Origin: a virus
IMG/VR virus record: IMGVR_UViG_3300037882_002241
Location: 3,803 to 67,802 of that record
Length of the DNA: 64,000 nucleotides
Direction: 5' to 3' (one strand)
In this document: positions 36,650-47,356 of the stretch, piece by piece
Numbering within the stretch: position 1 is the stretch's first letter
How the letters are laid out: every line of letters starts with the position of its first letter
Translations under genes and position numbers: made by a program
Notes under the pieces: model-generated
Seen by the model: only the letters and a program-made list of their open reading frames with translations
Told to the model about the DNA's origin: nothing
Databases searched by the model: none

Positions 36650-37189
36650 TTATGGTATGTTAGGAGCTGTAACAAGCCCACTAGAAGTCAATGTGCCATT
36701 TAAGGTTAAGTTACCTTCAAAAGACCAGTCACCACTTATCTTTTTATCTTTTAAATTTATAATAACACCATTACCTTTAATTTCACCTGTTTTAGGGTCA
36801 AAGGTAAAGTCATCACTTAATTTTATTGGTAAATTATCAGTGTTAACCTGCAAGCCATCCTCATTCAATTCTATTGATTGATTAGGATTTAAAGGGTTAG
36901 GTAAATACCCACCTTCTTTTTTAGGTATAAACTGATTTTTCCTTAAACTTTCGTTATTACTTAAGAACGGCTTTGAATCATCACCATAGCTATAGTTTAA
37001 TTCAGCATAACCCGATTTTATATAAGCATTAGTAGGCGTAAATGGAACTTGTTTAAGCTTTAACCCAGTGATTAGGGTAACGTCAGCTACCATACCACCG
37101 TCATTACCCTTGCGTAAATTTTCATACTTTACACGCCCGTTTAAACGAGTGCGAGCATCAGCATCAAAGACATCACCAAACCAACTCAA
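36650..37189 (-). CDS. Baseplate spike (Mu gp45/gpV-like)
   Basis: C-terminal beta-helix FEGNLTLNGTL; synteny. Confidence 0.6.
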   Translation of the reverse strand: MSWFGDVFDADARTRLNGRVKYENLRKGNDGGMVADVTLITGLKLKQVPFTPTNAYIKSGYAELNYSYGDDSKPFLSNNESLRKNQFIPKKEGGYLPNPLNPNQSIELNEDGLQVNTDNLPIKLSDDFTFDPKTGEIKGNGVIINLKDKKISGDWSFEGNLTLNGTLTSSGLVTAPNIP

Positions 37190-38256
37190 TAGACTATCTC
37201 ATTTACTTTTGATTTACTTGCAACCTTGCCTTTGTTTTCCTTATTAGAAAAACCTGTAACTGGTGCAAACTTTAAGGTTGCCTCATACGTTTCTTTAGCC
37301 CCGTGTAAATCAACGGTTTTAATAACTAATTCATCATCTAAACCATGAGGAGGTGAAACAATCCTATGCTTATTCATAGCTAACCATACCTCACCAGAAG
37401 GCGCTAACAAAGAGGGAATTGTAATAGTCACTTCATTGTCAGCTGTAGCACGTCTATTTGCCTCATAAATTGCACGGCTTTTTAACGATTTTGGCGTTTG
37501 GTCACCACTTGCAAATATATACAACAAACCATCATTATTAAGTTTAGATTTTTTCTCTTGATTAGGAGAGAATGAAGCCTCAAAATCCGTTTCAGCACTT
37601 AAATTACGACCACCGAATGCTATATTTTTATTAGACGATTTTTCATCTGAAAACTTGCTTATTATCTTATGAAAATGAACACCATGAACTAAATCACAAC
37701 CCGTTTCATTATAACCTTTTTGTGAAGCTACAATTTCGCCTTCGGCATTTTCATAAATATGAATGCCACGGTCACGAGTTAAAAGATGTAATTCCCTATC
37801 AGTTTTTGTCAAGCCTGTAGTTGTAAATCGCGTTACAGTGTCATCTTCTATTTCGTCAATTTTAATTTTTACGCCAGCGTTTTTTCCTAATTCCTTAAGA
37901 ATGTCACTAGTTTTGGCATTTAGCATATCACCAGTTTTAACAATAGCAGTTGATTTTGTCTTAGCACTATTAGATTTTACACTTAAGCTAATCGAAACGT
38001 CTTCTAAATCTGTTTTTCTTTCAGGTAACTCTAATTCACCAGTTAACATAAGCTTTTCGCCCATATAAACTTTTGCCTTTAAACCCTTTACTAAATCAGG
38101 TCTAAGCATTGTTTTAGCGTCATAATTATGAATAGGTAATTCAAAAGTAGCAGTATTTCGATTAATATCTTGTGCATCCAAATGAATTTTGAAGCTAGAG
38201 AAATTACACTCTATACTTCCTTCTAATTCAAGCCTAACGGGCTGCCGCATAAACAT
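37186..38256 (-). CDS. Baseplate hub (Mu gp44/P-like)
   Basis: LMLTG...RAIYEANRRA...GEVW..N; synteny. Confidence 0.7.
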   Translation of the reverse strand: MFMRQPVRLELEGSIECNFSSFKIHLDAQDINRNTATFELPIHNYDAKTMLRPDLVKGLKAKVYMGEKLMLTGELELPERKTDLEDVSISLSVKSNSAKTKSTAIVKTGDMLNAKTSDILKELGKNAGVKIKIDEIEDDTVTRFTTTGLTKTDRELHLLTRDRGIHIYENAEGEIVASQKGYNETGCDLVHGVHFHKIISKFSDEKSSNKNIAFGGRNLSAETDFEASFSPNQEKKSKLNNDGLLYIFASGDQTPKSLKSRAIYEANRRATADNEVTITIPSLLAPSGEVWLAMNKHRIVSPPHGLDDELVIKTVDLHGAKETYEATLKFAPVTGFSNKENKGKVASKSKVNEIVY

Positions 38257-39358
38257 TACCTATCATGAACAATGGCGTTAAATGAGGATTAAGCGATTCA
38301 ATCTCTTTAAATCTTGAACCATCACCATAAAACTCATGCGCTAAACTTATAGAATTACTATAAACGTTTACATAATGAGTTACAATAGGGGCTAGGCTTT
38401 TAGTTCTCATTAAATAATCAGCTAAATATGTTTTTTCTAATTCATACATAGCTTTTATCAGTTCATGAGAACCCACATTAGAGGCTGCATTAATTTCAGA
38501 ACGCAAAGCCCCTATAATTAATTCCCTATCCTTATACGCCTCATTAGAGGTTAAATAAACCTTATCTTTTAGACTATCAATAAGCTTGGCAATAGCAGCT
38601 AATCTTGTGCATTGAATAATAGCATCTTGGCAATTTGAAGCGGGACTTATAGCAACTGGAATTTTTAAATCATGAATTAACTTTTTTAAGCCAACTGATA
38701 ATTCTTCACTTGGTGTTAACTCATTAATTCTATTAATTGTATTGTTGTAAGCATCATTAGGTCTATAAGCCCAATTATCACCATCCGTTGATATTGAACC
38801 ACTCACATAACTTAAGTTTTTGTTAATTAAGTTTTCAATGTTTGTTGCAACAGATTGAATTTGAGGATAACGCCACGAAGGGACTGCATTAAACGAATAG
38901 CGGCTATTAAAACTTAATGCAATGGCTAAAAATAATGAATTTAAAGCTATGCCTAAAGCATTAAAGCCGCAGGTTATATCTTCACCCCATTCATTGCCTG
39001 TGATTGTTACAGTTGTAACACCTAATGAGGATTTATAATCAGTGTTAAATTCAACAGAATGAACATTAGCAAGCATTAATCCAAATGACGGGTGTATAAG
39101 AGCGTGAGGCATAGGAGCTTGTGCAGCTAGTCGTAAAGCATTTTCTTGTAATTGTATTCCTTCACCGTATAGCATACAAGTGAATGAAAACGATTCCGCC
39201 TTATTGCCTGTATCTGTTGTTACTGGTGAATTACGCCCGTAAATATCAGATTGTGCAGCGCCCTTATTTACAGTTAATTGGCTATTGTGTAGCCATAAAG
39301 GAAATCCTTGATAGCTAAACTCTAAATAATCGGGTGAAGGGCAAGTATTATCAAACAT
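38234..39358 (-). CDS. Mu gp43 DNA circularisation N-terminal domain protein
   Basis: FSYQGFP...DTG.KA..F...LIHPSFG; C-terminal LAHEFYGD..R..EI..LNP..PLF. Confidence 0.8.
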   Translation of the reverse strand: MFDNTCPSPDYLEFSYQGFPLWLHNSQLTVNKGAAQSDIYGRNSPVTTDTGNKAESFSFTCMLYGEGIQLQENALRLAAQAPMPHALIHPSFGLMLANVHSVEFNTDYKSSLGVTTVTITGNEWGEDITCGFNALGIALNSLFLAIALSFNSRYSFNAVPSWRYPQIQSVATNIENLINKNLSYVSGSISTDGDNWAYRPNDAYNNTINRINELTPSEELSVGLKKLIHDLKIPVAISPASNCQDAIIQCTRLAAIAKLIDSLKDKVYLTSNEAYKDRELIIGALRSEINAASNVGSHELIKAMYELEKTYLADYLMRTKSLAPIVTHYVNVYSNSISLAHEFYGDGSRFKEIESLNPHLTPLFMIGNVYAAAR

Positions 39359-39370
39359 TTATTCTTGACC

Positions 39371-41599
39371 TTAAATAGGAAAATTGTAAGCAGGTGCAGA
39401 AATAGTAGGGGGTTTAATAATAGCAGTTTCAATGATTGCCTTCATTCTTTGACCCATAATATCACCCGCTTGGCTAGCACTATCAATCATTTTTTTGCCC
39501 ATTGAATCGCCACCTGTCACTAGACTAGTAGTTAGGATTCCACCTACATTTTCATAGGATTGTGTCATTTTAGCACTAGCGGATTCAACTGATTTATTTA
39601 ATTCAGCTGTTATCTTTTGTGGCGTTATATATGTTGCATTATCATAATCAGCGGATTCAGGCTGCCTGTTTTTTACATTGCGACCAGCACTTTCGCCATT
39701 CACCATGTCATCCATTATTCTATTGTATTCATTGCCAAAAGTTACAATCTTTTCTTTCTCATTTTCAATGGCATCTTTAATCATTCTGTCTTTTTTATGA
39801 GCTAGATTGCCAGCCTTAGTGAATTTTCTTTCAGCATGAGCTTTTTTAATCTCTTTATCTATTTCTTTAACAGGTTCACTTTCAATAGCTTGTTTTATGC
39901 CTTCTTTTGCAGCTTGAACTTCAGGCAAAGCGTCTGTTTTTTTACCTAGGTGAATTAATCCTTCAACCGCGAAAGCAACAGCACCAGCAGCACCCGCAAA
40001 TTTAACGGCAGTTCTTGCTATACCCGACAATGAACCACCTATACCACCAATGCCAGTGTTAAATGCTATTTTACCTAACAGTCCATTAGCGACGATTAAT
40101 TTATTATTAACCCCCTCATTACCATCCTTAAAAACTTTTGAAACTGCCAACGTTGGAAGTGCAATCATGCCCTTAACAGTATTAGGTGTTTCTTCACTGT
40201 TAGCAAGCGAATTTAACCCACCAGCTAAACCACCCATTATAGAGCTATAAATAGGCTGCAATGTCTTCGTTTGTGCATCAACAGCGTTTTTGAATTGTGA
40301 AGCAACAGCAGCGTTAGTTGATTGAATATCAGTGCCAACTAAAGCCTTAACTGATTTTTCAGATATATCAATTTTACGGGTTCGGTCAAGGTTACTTTTT
40401 ATTTCATCACGTTTATCAATATTGAATTTTACAAATTCACTAGAGCCTTTTTGAAACCCTAGTTTAGTTATGGCTTCACCAACCGCGCCAGCATCTGTTA
40501 AATCAACACCCATTTTTTCAAGAATAGGAACTACTTTTTTCTCAACCCATTCAAAAGGATTAGCTTGTAATAATTTATAATCAGCCGCGCCAGTTTCCGT
40601 TCTTAAGCCATAACTTTTCAGAGTTTCTTTGTTTTTAACTGCAAGATTAGAGCGCGTCAAATCATCAGCAAACATTCTTAATGATTCACCACCCGATTTA
40701 CCACCGTATTCATCTGCCATTTGACCGATGGTTATAATAGCGTCAGAATTTAAACCACGCTTTGCACCTTTAGCGCTTTTCATGTATTCTTTAACTTGGT
40801 CTGCTTTTAAATCTTTACCGCCCGATAATAAAACCTTAGTTAAGGCTTCCATAGCAATGTTAAATTCTTTGGCATTATCAGCCATGCCCATTAAATCAGC
40901 CGTTTTGGTTAGTTTACCAGCCGAATCAGCACCTAGCCTTGCATCTCCACCATTGTTTAACGTTACGGCTTGAGCAACCTTACCAATTACCCTAGCAATG
41001 TCACCCATTTGGCGTTTATCTTGCAATGAAGAATCGGCAGTTCTTAATGCCTCTTGAATAGCACCTGCAGTTTGCGTTCTATATTCATTAGATATTTCAG
41101 TCCCTAATTTTTCTATTGTCGCTTTAGTTTCAGGGCTTTCAGCATAAATCAACTTATTTAAGCTTCTATTACGTGAACCTTCTGTTATGCCTTGCCCACC
41201 AGCAGAAGCACCAACACCAACTTTATTAAAACTGCCATAAGTAGCATGAGCGCCAGCACGCCACTTCATACGGTCTATTGTGCTAGATTCTGCCCATGTC
41301 TTACCACGTTTCATATTAGATTGCTGAACATTAGCACTTCTAATACCAATAGAGTTTAAGTGCTGCAATGCTTTTGCTTGGCGGTTATAAGCATCCGTTA
41401 CTTTATCAATGCCGTTTACATTCACATTGACTTTTCTTAATGACATAGGCTCTAATGGCATAGCCATTTTAGAAGCACCACTTTTCATCATAGCTTGCGT
41501 TTTTGCTAATTTTGCATAAGCCGCGTTAAGCTTAAGAACCACCTTGCTTGCATGGTCAACCGCCGTCAATTTTGCTTCGACTTTATAAGAAGTGGTCAT
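39371..41599 (-). CDS. Tape measure protein
   Basis: AKLTAVDHAS N-terminus, Ala/Gly/Lys-rich helical, after chaperone. Confidence 0.85.
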   Translation of the reverse strand: MTTSYKVEAKLTAVDHASKVVLKLNAAYAKLAKTQAMMKSGASKMAMPLEPMSLRKVNVNVNGIDKVTDAYNRQAKALQHLNSIGIRSANVQQSNMKRGKTWAESSTIDRMKWRAGAHATYGSFNKVGVGASAGGQGITEGSRNRSLNKLIYAESPETKATIEKLGTEISNEYRTQTAGAIQEALRTADSSLQDKRQMGDIARVIGKVAQAVTLNNGGDARLGADSAGKLTKTADLMGMADNAKEFNIAMEALTKVLLSGGKDLKADQVKEYMKSAKGAKRGLNSDAIITIGQMADEYGGKSGGESLRMFADDLTRSNLAVKNKETLKSYGLRTETGAADYKLLQANPFEWVEKKVVPILEKMGVDLTDAGAVGEAITKLGFQKGSSEFVKFNIDKRDEIKSNLDRTRKIDISEKSVKALVGTDIQSTNAAVASQFKNAVDAQTKTLQPIYSSIMGGLAGGLNSLANSEETPNTVKGMIALPTLAVSKVFKDGNEGVNNKLIVANGLLGKIAFNTGIGGIGGSLSGIARTAVKFAGAAGAVAFAVEGLIHLGKKTDALPEVQAAKEGIKQAIESEPVKEIDKEIKKAHAERKFTKAGNLAHKKDRMIKDAIENEKEKIVTFGNEYNRIMDDMVNGESAGRNVKNRQPESADYDNATYITPQKITAELNKSVESASAKMTQSYENVGGILTTSLVTGGDSMGKKMIDSASQAGDIMGQRMKAIIETAIIKPPTISAPAYNFPI

Positions 41600-41778
41600 T
41601 TTTTCTTAGATATTCCGTGTAAGGTTAAAAAGTCGTCAAAATTATTGCCGTAAAAGTCGTTAATATCACTCATTACACGGGTTATTGGCATTGTATCATA
41701 ACTAGTAGGATTTAAACGCTGTAAATGCCTTACTCTTCGACAAGTTCTAACAAATCCAAGTCCGCTACTATAAAAGGG
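41596..41778 (-). other. Programmed -1 frameshift site (C CCT TTT) and extension frame of tail assembly chaperone
   Basis: Slippery heptamer 41778-41772; -1 frame open to TGA at 41598-41596 overlapping tape measure ATG. Confidence 0.8.
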
Positions 41779-42473
41779 GAGTATAACAGAGCTTCAATTC
41801 TATAGAAGTCCTTAATGGTCAAATTATCAACGTATGAATCACTAATCTGAAACGTATTAGGTAACAAATCTTCATTTTCATGATTGTAAGGTTCTAAGTA
41901 ATTCTTAATAAATGAACGGACAATCATTAAGCTACTAGCATTAGACTTAGTAATCTCGCCTTCTAAATCACCATATGAACGGTTTTTAATGCAAACTAAT
42001 GATATTTGCTCTTTAGAGCCGTTTACCTCAACTTCAATAGGCGAAGTTAACTTAATTACAGATTGTTCAAGCAAAGGATTAGCAACTAATCTTTCGCCCT
42101 TATCTAAAAAGTAATAACTTTCATTATCAAATTCAGCGGCATTTTGATATAATTCAATCAATTCTAAATCAGTTGATTTTTTAATAAAGTCTTTAGAAAC
42201 AATATTAACCATTCTTGAATCATTATGAACCCGCATCACAATAGTATGCAATGCAAGCCCATTATATTTTAAATAATCACTTTCAGTAAGCTTAAAAGCC
42301 CCATCATTAACGGTTAAAAGTGTAAATATGTAAGCTTGTGCTTTTTTGTTTTCAATGCCGCCTAACTTGGCGATTTGAAGCATATCTTTAACTTTTAACA
42401 CATTATCTGCTAAAGATAAGGTTGTCGCCTCACCATTAGCAAACTTAAACGGGGTTTTTAATCTTAATTTCAT
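41730..42473 (-). CDS. Tail assembly chaperone
   Basis: Between tube and tape measure; two related halves; frameshift site. Confidence 0.75.
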   Translation of the reverse strand: MKLRLKTPFKFANGEATTLSLADNVLKVKDMLQIAKLGGIENKKAQAYIFTLLTVNDGAFKLTESDYLKYNGLALHTIVMRVHNDSRMVNIVSKDFIKKSTDLELIELYQNAAEFDNESYYFLDKGERLVANPLLEQSVIKLTSPIEVEVNGSKEQISLVCIKNRSYGDLEGEITKSNASSLMIVRSFIKNYLEPYNHENEDLLPNTFQISDSYVDNLTIKDFYRIEALLYSPFIVADLDLLELVEE

Positions 42474-42889
42474 TAAGTGATTTTCTGATAAGTAAAGCCA
42501 ACTTGGCGACGATTTTCATCAATCCTAACGAATTTTGAAATAATAGTCAAGGTAACAGTGCTATTTTCAGCATTAAAAGTTGAATCCAAAACTTCCCATT
42601 GTGAAGTCACATAAGCGAAACCACCGAATGTAAAGATTAGAGGCTTATTGAAAGAACACCCGCGCTCATAAGTATGTGCGCCGAAGTTTTCATCTACTAG
42701 AATTTCAAGTTCTCTAATGCCAGCAGATTCATCATGCTGAATTGACGTTTTGCCTAATCCTTGGTCATTTGTCGTGCCATGGTGATACTTAAAAGTAAAG
42801 CTTTGGCTTTTAATAATGTGTTGCTTCCCACCAATATTTAAAGTGGGAAACGCGTTTGAAGTTGGGCATGAATTTTCGTTAATAGACAT
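42473..42889 (-). CDS. Tail tube protein
   Basis: Size and position after sheath. Confidence 0.65.
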   Translation of the reverse strand: MSINENSCPTSNAFPTLNIGGKQHIIKSQSFTFKYHHGTTNDQGLGKTSIQHDESAGIRELEILVDENFGAHTYERGCSFNKPLIFTFGGFAYVTSQWEVLDSTFNAENSTVTLTIISKFVRIDENRRQVGFTYQKIT

Positions 42890-42900
42890 TCAATTATTCC

Positions 42901-44472
42901 TTAGCAAGATGAAGTTGTTAATGAAACGCTAGAACGAACACTCGAAATAGCACGAACACGAGAAAGGTTTTCACCAATAAGAACAAGTGCTGTAGGGTCA
43001 CCTGCACAAGCAGCGCGTAATTGGTCATCTAAGAACGATTGCAATTTAGCATCGAAGTCTTGCTCATCGAAAATAATACCAACCAATTGTTGGTGAAAGT
43101 TTTTCCAAAGGGCTTTTACTTCGACCATATTATAGCCGCCTCGTGTTCTCATTGATTCAGGCAATAACTTGCTAAATGCAGCTCCGCGTTGGACTGGTGT
43201 ATTTTCTTTGAATACATAATTTGAACCAAAGTTTTGTAACACCCACTCGTCAAGTAATTGAACATACTTAGCCATAACGCGGAAATCAGCAGGGCTTGAA
43301 ATCGTTGTGATTGCTTTGTTATTAGCGTCAACACGGTAAGAGAAACGCTCACGTGCGATTGATTGATAACCATTAGTTACAGTTACTGGAGTAATACCAG
43401 CTTCCCACATTGCTTTAAAATCAGCACTTGAAACAGAAGAATAGCAATCTTGATTTTCAGGTAAGCAAGCCATAATTGACTGTGCATTTAAAATCGGGTT
43501 CGCAGGGTCATCACAACCCAAACAACATGAAATAACAGCGCGCGCAACAGCAGTCATATAAGGTGCATTTTGATATTCAGCCAATAAACCTAACGTAGTT
43601 GCTTTAAAGTTCCAACGTGCGCCAGCATCACCCGTTTCACCAAATACAGTGTTTTCAGTAGGTGTGCCTTTAATAGCCATCCAAAGATTGCCAAAGCAGT
43701 TAGTTCCAAAACATACATTGTTTTTTGAGTTGTAAGCAGTGAAAACTTCACGCATAGTCGTTGCATCACTAGAAGCCAAAGCAGAACAAGCAAAGCAGCA
43801 GTTGCCTAAACCAGCTACTAAACCAGTAGTATTTAAACCACCAGCACCAGCAGTCGTTTCAGTTAATGCGCCTAATGGTGAATCAATAACTTGCGGGGCG
43901 CGACGGCTGTCAATGTAAACCATATTGAGGTTATCATATTCACCCGCATCTTTTGCAGTGATTGTTACAACGTTTGTAGCTGCAACAATAGTATAAGCAA
44001 AAGAAGGTTCAGGGCTAAATGCAACTTGAATTGCAGCCGCAGCCGCAGCATCAGTCATACCAGCCGTAAACAAAACAGACTTAGTAACTGAACCAATCTT
44101 AATGGTTTTCGTATGTGTTGTTGTAATAGCGGTTGTGGTAAATTCTTTAACAGCAGCAACCGCAGTCGCTAATACTGGCAAGAAAATAGCATGAATTGCA
44201 GTGCGACCTGTTGGGCATGAGCAAAAAGCCTTATCTAATGCAGTATAAGCAACATTTTTAGTGCCAATAAGTGAAGCTACAACACTTAAGCTTGAAAAGC
44301 TAAATACCTTGTTGGCAACAATATTGCTATTCGCTGGCAATGAAGCTGGCATAGGAAGCATAAGCAATGTAGAGCAATCAACCCGTGAAGGTAAAATCTC
44401 TGTAATGCAAACACCGTTAAAATCTTGCGTAAAATTAGCATTATTTAAATAATTTGTAATTACATTACTCAT
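42901..44472 (-). CDS. Contractile tail sheath protein (Mu gpL-like)
   Basis: VVTITAKDAGEYDN, DDPANP, AGITPV..., 523 aa. Confidence 0.8.
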   Translation of the reverse strand: MSNVITNYLNNANFTQDFNGVCITEILPSRVDCSTLLMLPMPASLPANSNIVANKVFSFSSLSVVASLIGTKNVAYTALDKAFCSCPTGRTAIHAIFLPVLATAVAAVKEFTTTAITTTHTKTIKIGSVTKSVLFTAGMTDAAAAAAIQVAFSPEPSFAYTIVAATNVVTITAKDAGEYDNLNMVYIDSRRAPQVIDSPLGALTETTAGAGGLNTTGLVAGLGNCCFACSALASSDATTMREVFTAYNSKNNVCFGTNCFGNLWMAIKGTPTENTVFGETGDAGARWNFKATTLGLLAEYQNAPYMTAVARAVISCCLGCDDPANPILNAQSIMACLPENQDCYSSVSSADFKAMWEAGITPVTVTNGYQSIARERFSYRVDANNKAITTISSPADFRVMAKYVQLLDEWVLQNFGSNYVFKENTPVQRGAAFSKLLPESMRTRGGYNMVEVKALWKNFHQQLVGIIFDEQDFDAKLQSFLDDQLRAACAGDPTALVLIGENLSRVRAISSVRSSVSLTTSSC

Positions 44473-44475
44473 CTT

Positions 44476-44730
44476 TTAAATCCGTTTCTTAGGTTGGTTA
44501 AATTGTGGTTTTTCTTCAATCACTTTAGTTATTGGTTGTTTGCCTAAAGCCTCGAAATCTTGATTGCTTGGTGTTCTTTCACTTGAGAAAACACCATCAC
44601 GCTTTGCACGTTGATATTCATCACCTGCCATAATTAGATATTCACCAGCCGCTGCTAGCCGAATATTGCCGTCCGTAAACCGCAGAAAAGCCGATTTTTT
44701 ATCAGCAACTGTAACTATTTTATAACTCAT
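44476..44730 (-). CDS. Small protein preceding sheath (Mu gp38-like position)
   Basis: EYQRAKRDG motif; synteny. Confidence 0.5.
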   Translation of the reverse strand: MSYKIVTVADKKSAFLRFTDGNIRLAAAGEYLIMAGDEYQRAKRDGVFSSERTPSNQDFEALGKQPITKVIEEKPQFNQPKKRI

Positions 44731-45302
44731 TTAAAGTTTTCCTTGATATGAACACCATCTAACAAAACCCCGTTTCGTTGTGATTGATTGTCTCTTATAA
44801 CTTGGTAGTTATAATTAGTTTTATAGGTTAATGTGCCTTGAACAGCGTATAGCAATTCAGACTTTGTGCCATTACCTGCTAACTGTGGTAAAATGTAAAT
44901 ATTAGTAATATCGCAATAAGCATCATTGCCTAATAATCTAATTTTTCTTGCTTGAAGTGTTCTAACTATGCTTGAAATTGTTCTGTCAATGAGCAAAATG
45001 TTGTTTTTAATCTTGTCATTTACTTCATCAATCAATTCAAAGTCTAAAGTTACGTTTGAATCAAACCTAATTAGTATTTCAAATTCAGCAACAAAAACCT
45101 TGCTAGTTACTGGATAGCCCATAGGATTATCACCAACACTTTTAACGTCAATTTCAAGGCTTGAAACAATAGCTTGAGGATAACCTAAAAACTTTTGAGG
45201 AAAACTAACGCCTTTGCCGTCACTTAATGCAGGTGCAGCGCGTTTTTCTAATTCTCCACATTCATCTATTAATATTTGAGCAATATTTATAACATGAAAC
45301 AT
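44727..45302 (-). CDS. Putative tail terminator/completion protein
   Basis: Synteny. Confidence 0.5.
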   Translation of the reverse strand: MFHVINIAQILIDECGELEKRAAPALSDGKGVSFPQKFLGYPQAIVSSLEIDVKSVGDNPMGYPVTSKVFVAEFEILIRFDSNVTLDFELIDEVNDKIKNNILLIDRTISSIVRTLQARKIRLLGNDAYCDITNIYILPQLAGNGTKSELLYAVQGTLTYKTNYNYQVIRDNQSQRNGVLLDGVHIKENFK

Positions 45303-45697
45303 TATTTATACCGTATGAACCCGTCTAATGAATGATTTTCTTGCTTTAATGCAGCGTTCAATGCTTCTCTATACATTTTACGAGCAGCCATCTTAATTGT
45401 GCCTTTAGTTAAATAAACTGCATAATGTGTATTTGTCCCTAATACAGCTTCGTCACTATTAGAATTAACTTTTGTTGTTCTTAAAAGTAAACCCGTGTCT
45501 TTTGCGGGGAAATCACCAGCAGCAGAAGCCCTATGAACACGCCCACGTTTTCTATAAATACGACCGCGACCCTTTTTGCTATGTTCTGCAACAAAGTATG
45601 ACTTAGCGTCTTTAATCGTGTTTTTTAAGTAATCTCTAACAATAGCTTTATCATAGATTAGCTTTGGTTGCTTAGGTAACTGCTCAACTTTAATCAT
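45302..45697 (-). CDS. Neck/tail completion protein (HK97 gp10-like)
   Basis: HRASAAGDFPAKDTGLL...YAVYLTKGTIKMAAR. Confidence 0.8.
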   Translation of the reverse strand: MIKVEQLPKQPKLIYDKAIVRDYLKNTIKDAKSYFVAEHSKKGRGRIYRKRGRVHRASAAGDFPAKDTGLLLRTTKVNSNSDEAVLGTNTHYAVYLTKGTIKMAARKMYREALNAALKQENHSLDGFIRYK

Positions 45698-46140
45698 GAG
45701 AATGGTATGTAAAGCTTAGTTGGTTTATCTAATCGAACAAGTTTAACGTCTTTGATTATATCTGTTCTGCATACAAAGTAATACAAACCCTTTGATATAA
45801 ATTCTTGACCTATTTTGTTAATTTTATAAATGTAATCTATTTTTTGACCATATCGTCTATAAGGTCTATAAATATTATGGTTAATCTGTGGTAAGTAATC
45901 GTTATCTATACGAACCCAAATGCCAGTGTCATTTTCATTAGATGGTGTATTATTTTCATAGTTTTTAGGGGATATAGGCTGTTGATTGTAAATAGCAGCA
46001 GAATACCACTTAGCTTGGATATTTTTTAGATATTGCTCATCTGCATATTGTGCAGGTTCAATCACCTGTTCGGTTATTAATATGCGTTCGTTAAATTCAC
46101 CAGTTGCAGGGGGGCGGCGTGATAATTTATCAGATAGCAT
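45694..46140 (-). CDS. Head closure (stopper) protein
   Basis: GEFNERILI N-terminus; synteny. Confidence 0.6.
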   Translation of the reverse strand: MLSDKLSRRPPATGEFNERILITEQVIEPAQYADEQYLKNIQAKWYSAAIYNQQPISPKNYENNTPSNENDTGIWVRIDNDYLPQINHNIYRPYRRYGQKIDYIYKINKIGQEFISKGLYYFVCRTDIIKDVKLVRLDKPTKLYIPFS

Positions 46141-46651
46141 AGCGGCGGTATGCCCCTAATAATGCTAATGCACCACTATCCTTAATAGGGTCATTAATAT
46201 TTTCAACAGAACGTGTTGAACCGCTAATAGAAGCTCTATTTATAGCACTACCATCATGTGTATATAAATGTGAGGCTAAGTGATAAACTGCTTCCATCAT
46301 ATCTGCTGGCATTTGTTCAATACTTTCAATTCCACTAACCCACTCGCAATAAAGTGAACGATTGAAATAAGCTGGAATTCTAATCTCACCATTTGAATCT
46401 GTTCTGTGTAAATGCCCTTCAATGTAGACATCACCTTTATTCGGTATTGGTCTTAAAGTTGCTTGACCTGCATTAAAATCAATAGCAGTTTCAATTTTCA
46501 ATAACTTAATGGCGCGACCTGTGTAATTTTCAACTTGCAAAATAGCAGCGCTTAAAACGCCTTTAATCTTACCGTCAAAATGATTGGGCAGGTCTTCATA
46601 TCCTAGACGATTAACTTTAAAATCTTTAAATAATTCGTCAAAGATAGCCAT
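46130..46651 (-). CDS. Head-tail connector (gp6-like)
   Basis: AAILQVENYTGR...PADMMEAVYHLASHLY...LLGAYR. Confidence 0.8.
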   Translation of the reverse strand: MAIFDELFKDFKVNRLGYEDLPNHFDGKIKGVLSAAILQVENYTGRAIKLLKIETAIDFNAGQATLRPIPNKGDVYIEGHLHRTDSNGEIRIPAYFNRSLYCEWVSGIESIEQMPADMMEAVYHLASHLYTHDGSAINRASISGSTRSVENINDPIKDSGALALLGAYRRYAI

Positions 46652-46654
46652 TTT

Positions 46655-47161
46655 TTAGCACTTTACAATTTGAGCCATAGCACAATCAGGAATCTCAACA
46701 ATTAAGCCCTCATCACATTGCGACTTTAGTTTAACTTTATATTCAAATTTATAGATTGAACCAGCAACAGCCAATGAATTAGTGTTGTGGCGGATTCTAA
46801 TGCCTCTAGGCTTATCTGTAGAGAAAATCTTAATTTGCTCTAACGTAAAGTTATTTACACCAGCAACTAATGGCGTAGCACTTGTAATGCTATCTAATGC
46901 ACTTAGTTGCGCTGGCGTTAATTCAGCTAATAAAACATTGTTCATGTCTGAAATCTTAAAATAGATTAATGAGACAAAGTTATATTTAATGCCGTTTTCT
47001 AAAGGGCGTAAAAAGTTCTCAAAAGAAAAAAACGAGCTATTCAACTCATTTTGACGTAGGAAAATATTACCCCCACCGCAGCAACAATCAACAGGAACGC
47101 CACAACCATTTTCAATAGTGTTGTGTGTATGACCACGTAATGGGAAGTAAGCATTTAGCAT
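46655..47161 (-). CDS. Cys-rich virion-region protein
   Basis: GCGVPVDCCCGG; ends in C. Confidence 0.55.
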   Translation of the reverse strand: MLNAYFPLRGHTHNTIENGCGVPVDCCCGGGNIFLRQNELNSSFFSFENFLRPLENGIKYNFVSLIYFKISDMNNVLLAELTPAQLSALDSITSATPLVAGVNNFTLEQIKIFSTDKPRGIRIRHNTNSLAVAGSIYKFEYKVKLKSQCDEGLIVEIPDCAMAQIVKC

Positions 47162-47189
47162 GATTTTTTTCTTTTCAAAACTTTAGGAG

Positions 47190-47216
47190 AAAGAACGGGG
47201 GCTGTTACACCCCCGC
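47190..47216 (-). terminator. Intrinsic terminator after capsid block
   Basis: GCGGGG-TGTAACAG-CCCCCGTTCTTT. Confidence 0.65.
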
Positions 47217-47222
47217 TTTATT

Positions 47223-47354
47223 TTAGCAAGGCTTCGTGCCGACGCAAGGCGCAGCAGGAATAACAAGCACAAGAGCTGGCGCAGGGCAAGCTACAGGAGT
47301 GCGGACTTCAGCAGCATGGCAGCCGTTTGAAGCAGTAGTGATATAATTAGGCAT
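47223..47354 (-). CDS. 43-aa Cys/Pro-rich peptide
   Basis: MPNYITTASNGCHAAEVRTPVACPAPALVLVIPAAPCVGTKPC; AAGGA RBS; not in ORF track. Confidence 0.6.
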   Translation of the reverse strand: MPNYITTASNGCHAAEVRTPVACPAPALVLVIPAAPCVGTKPC

Positions 47355-47356
47355 AA

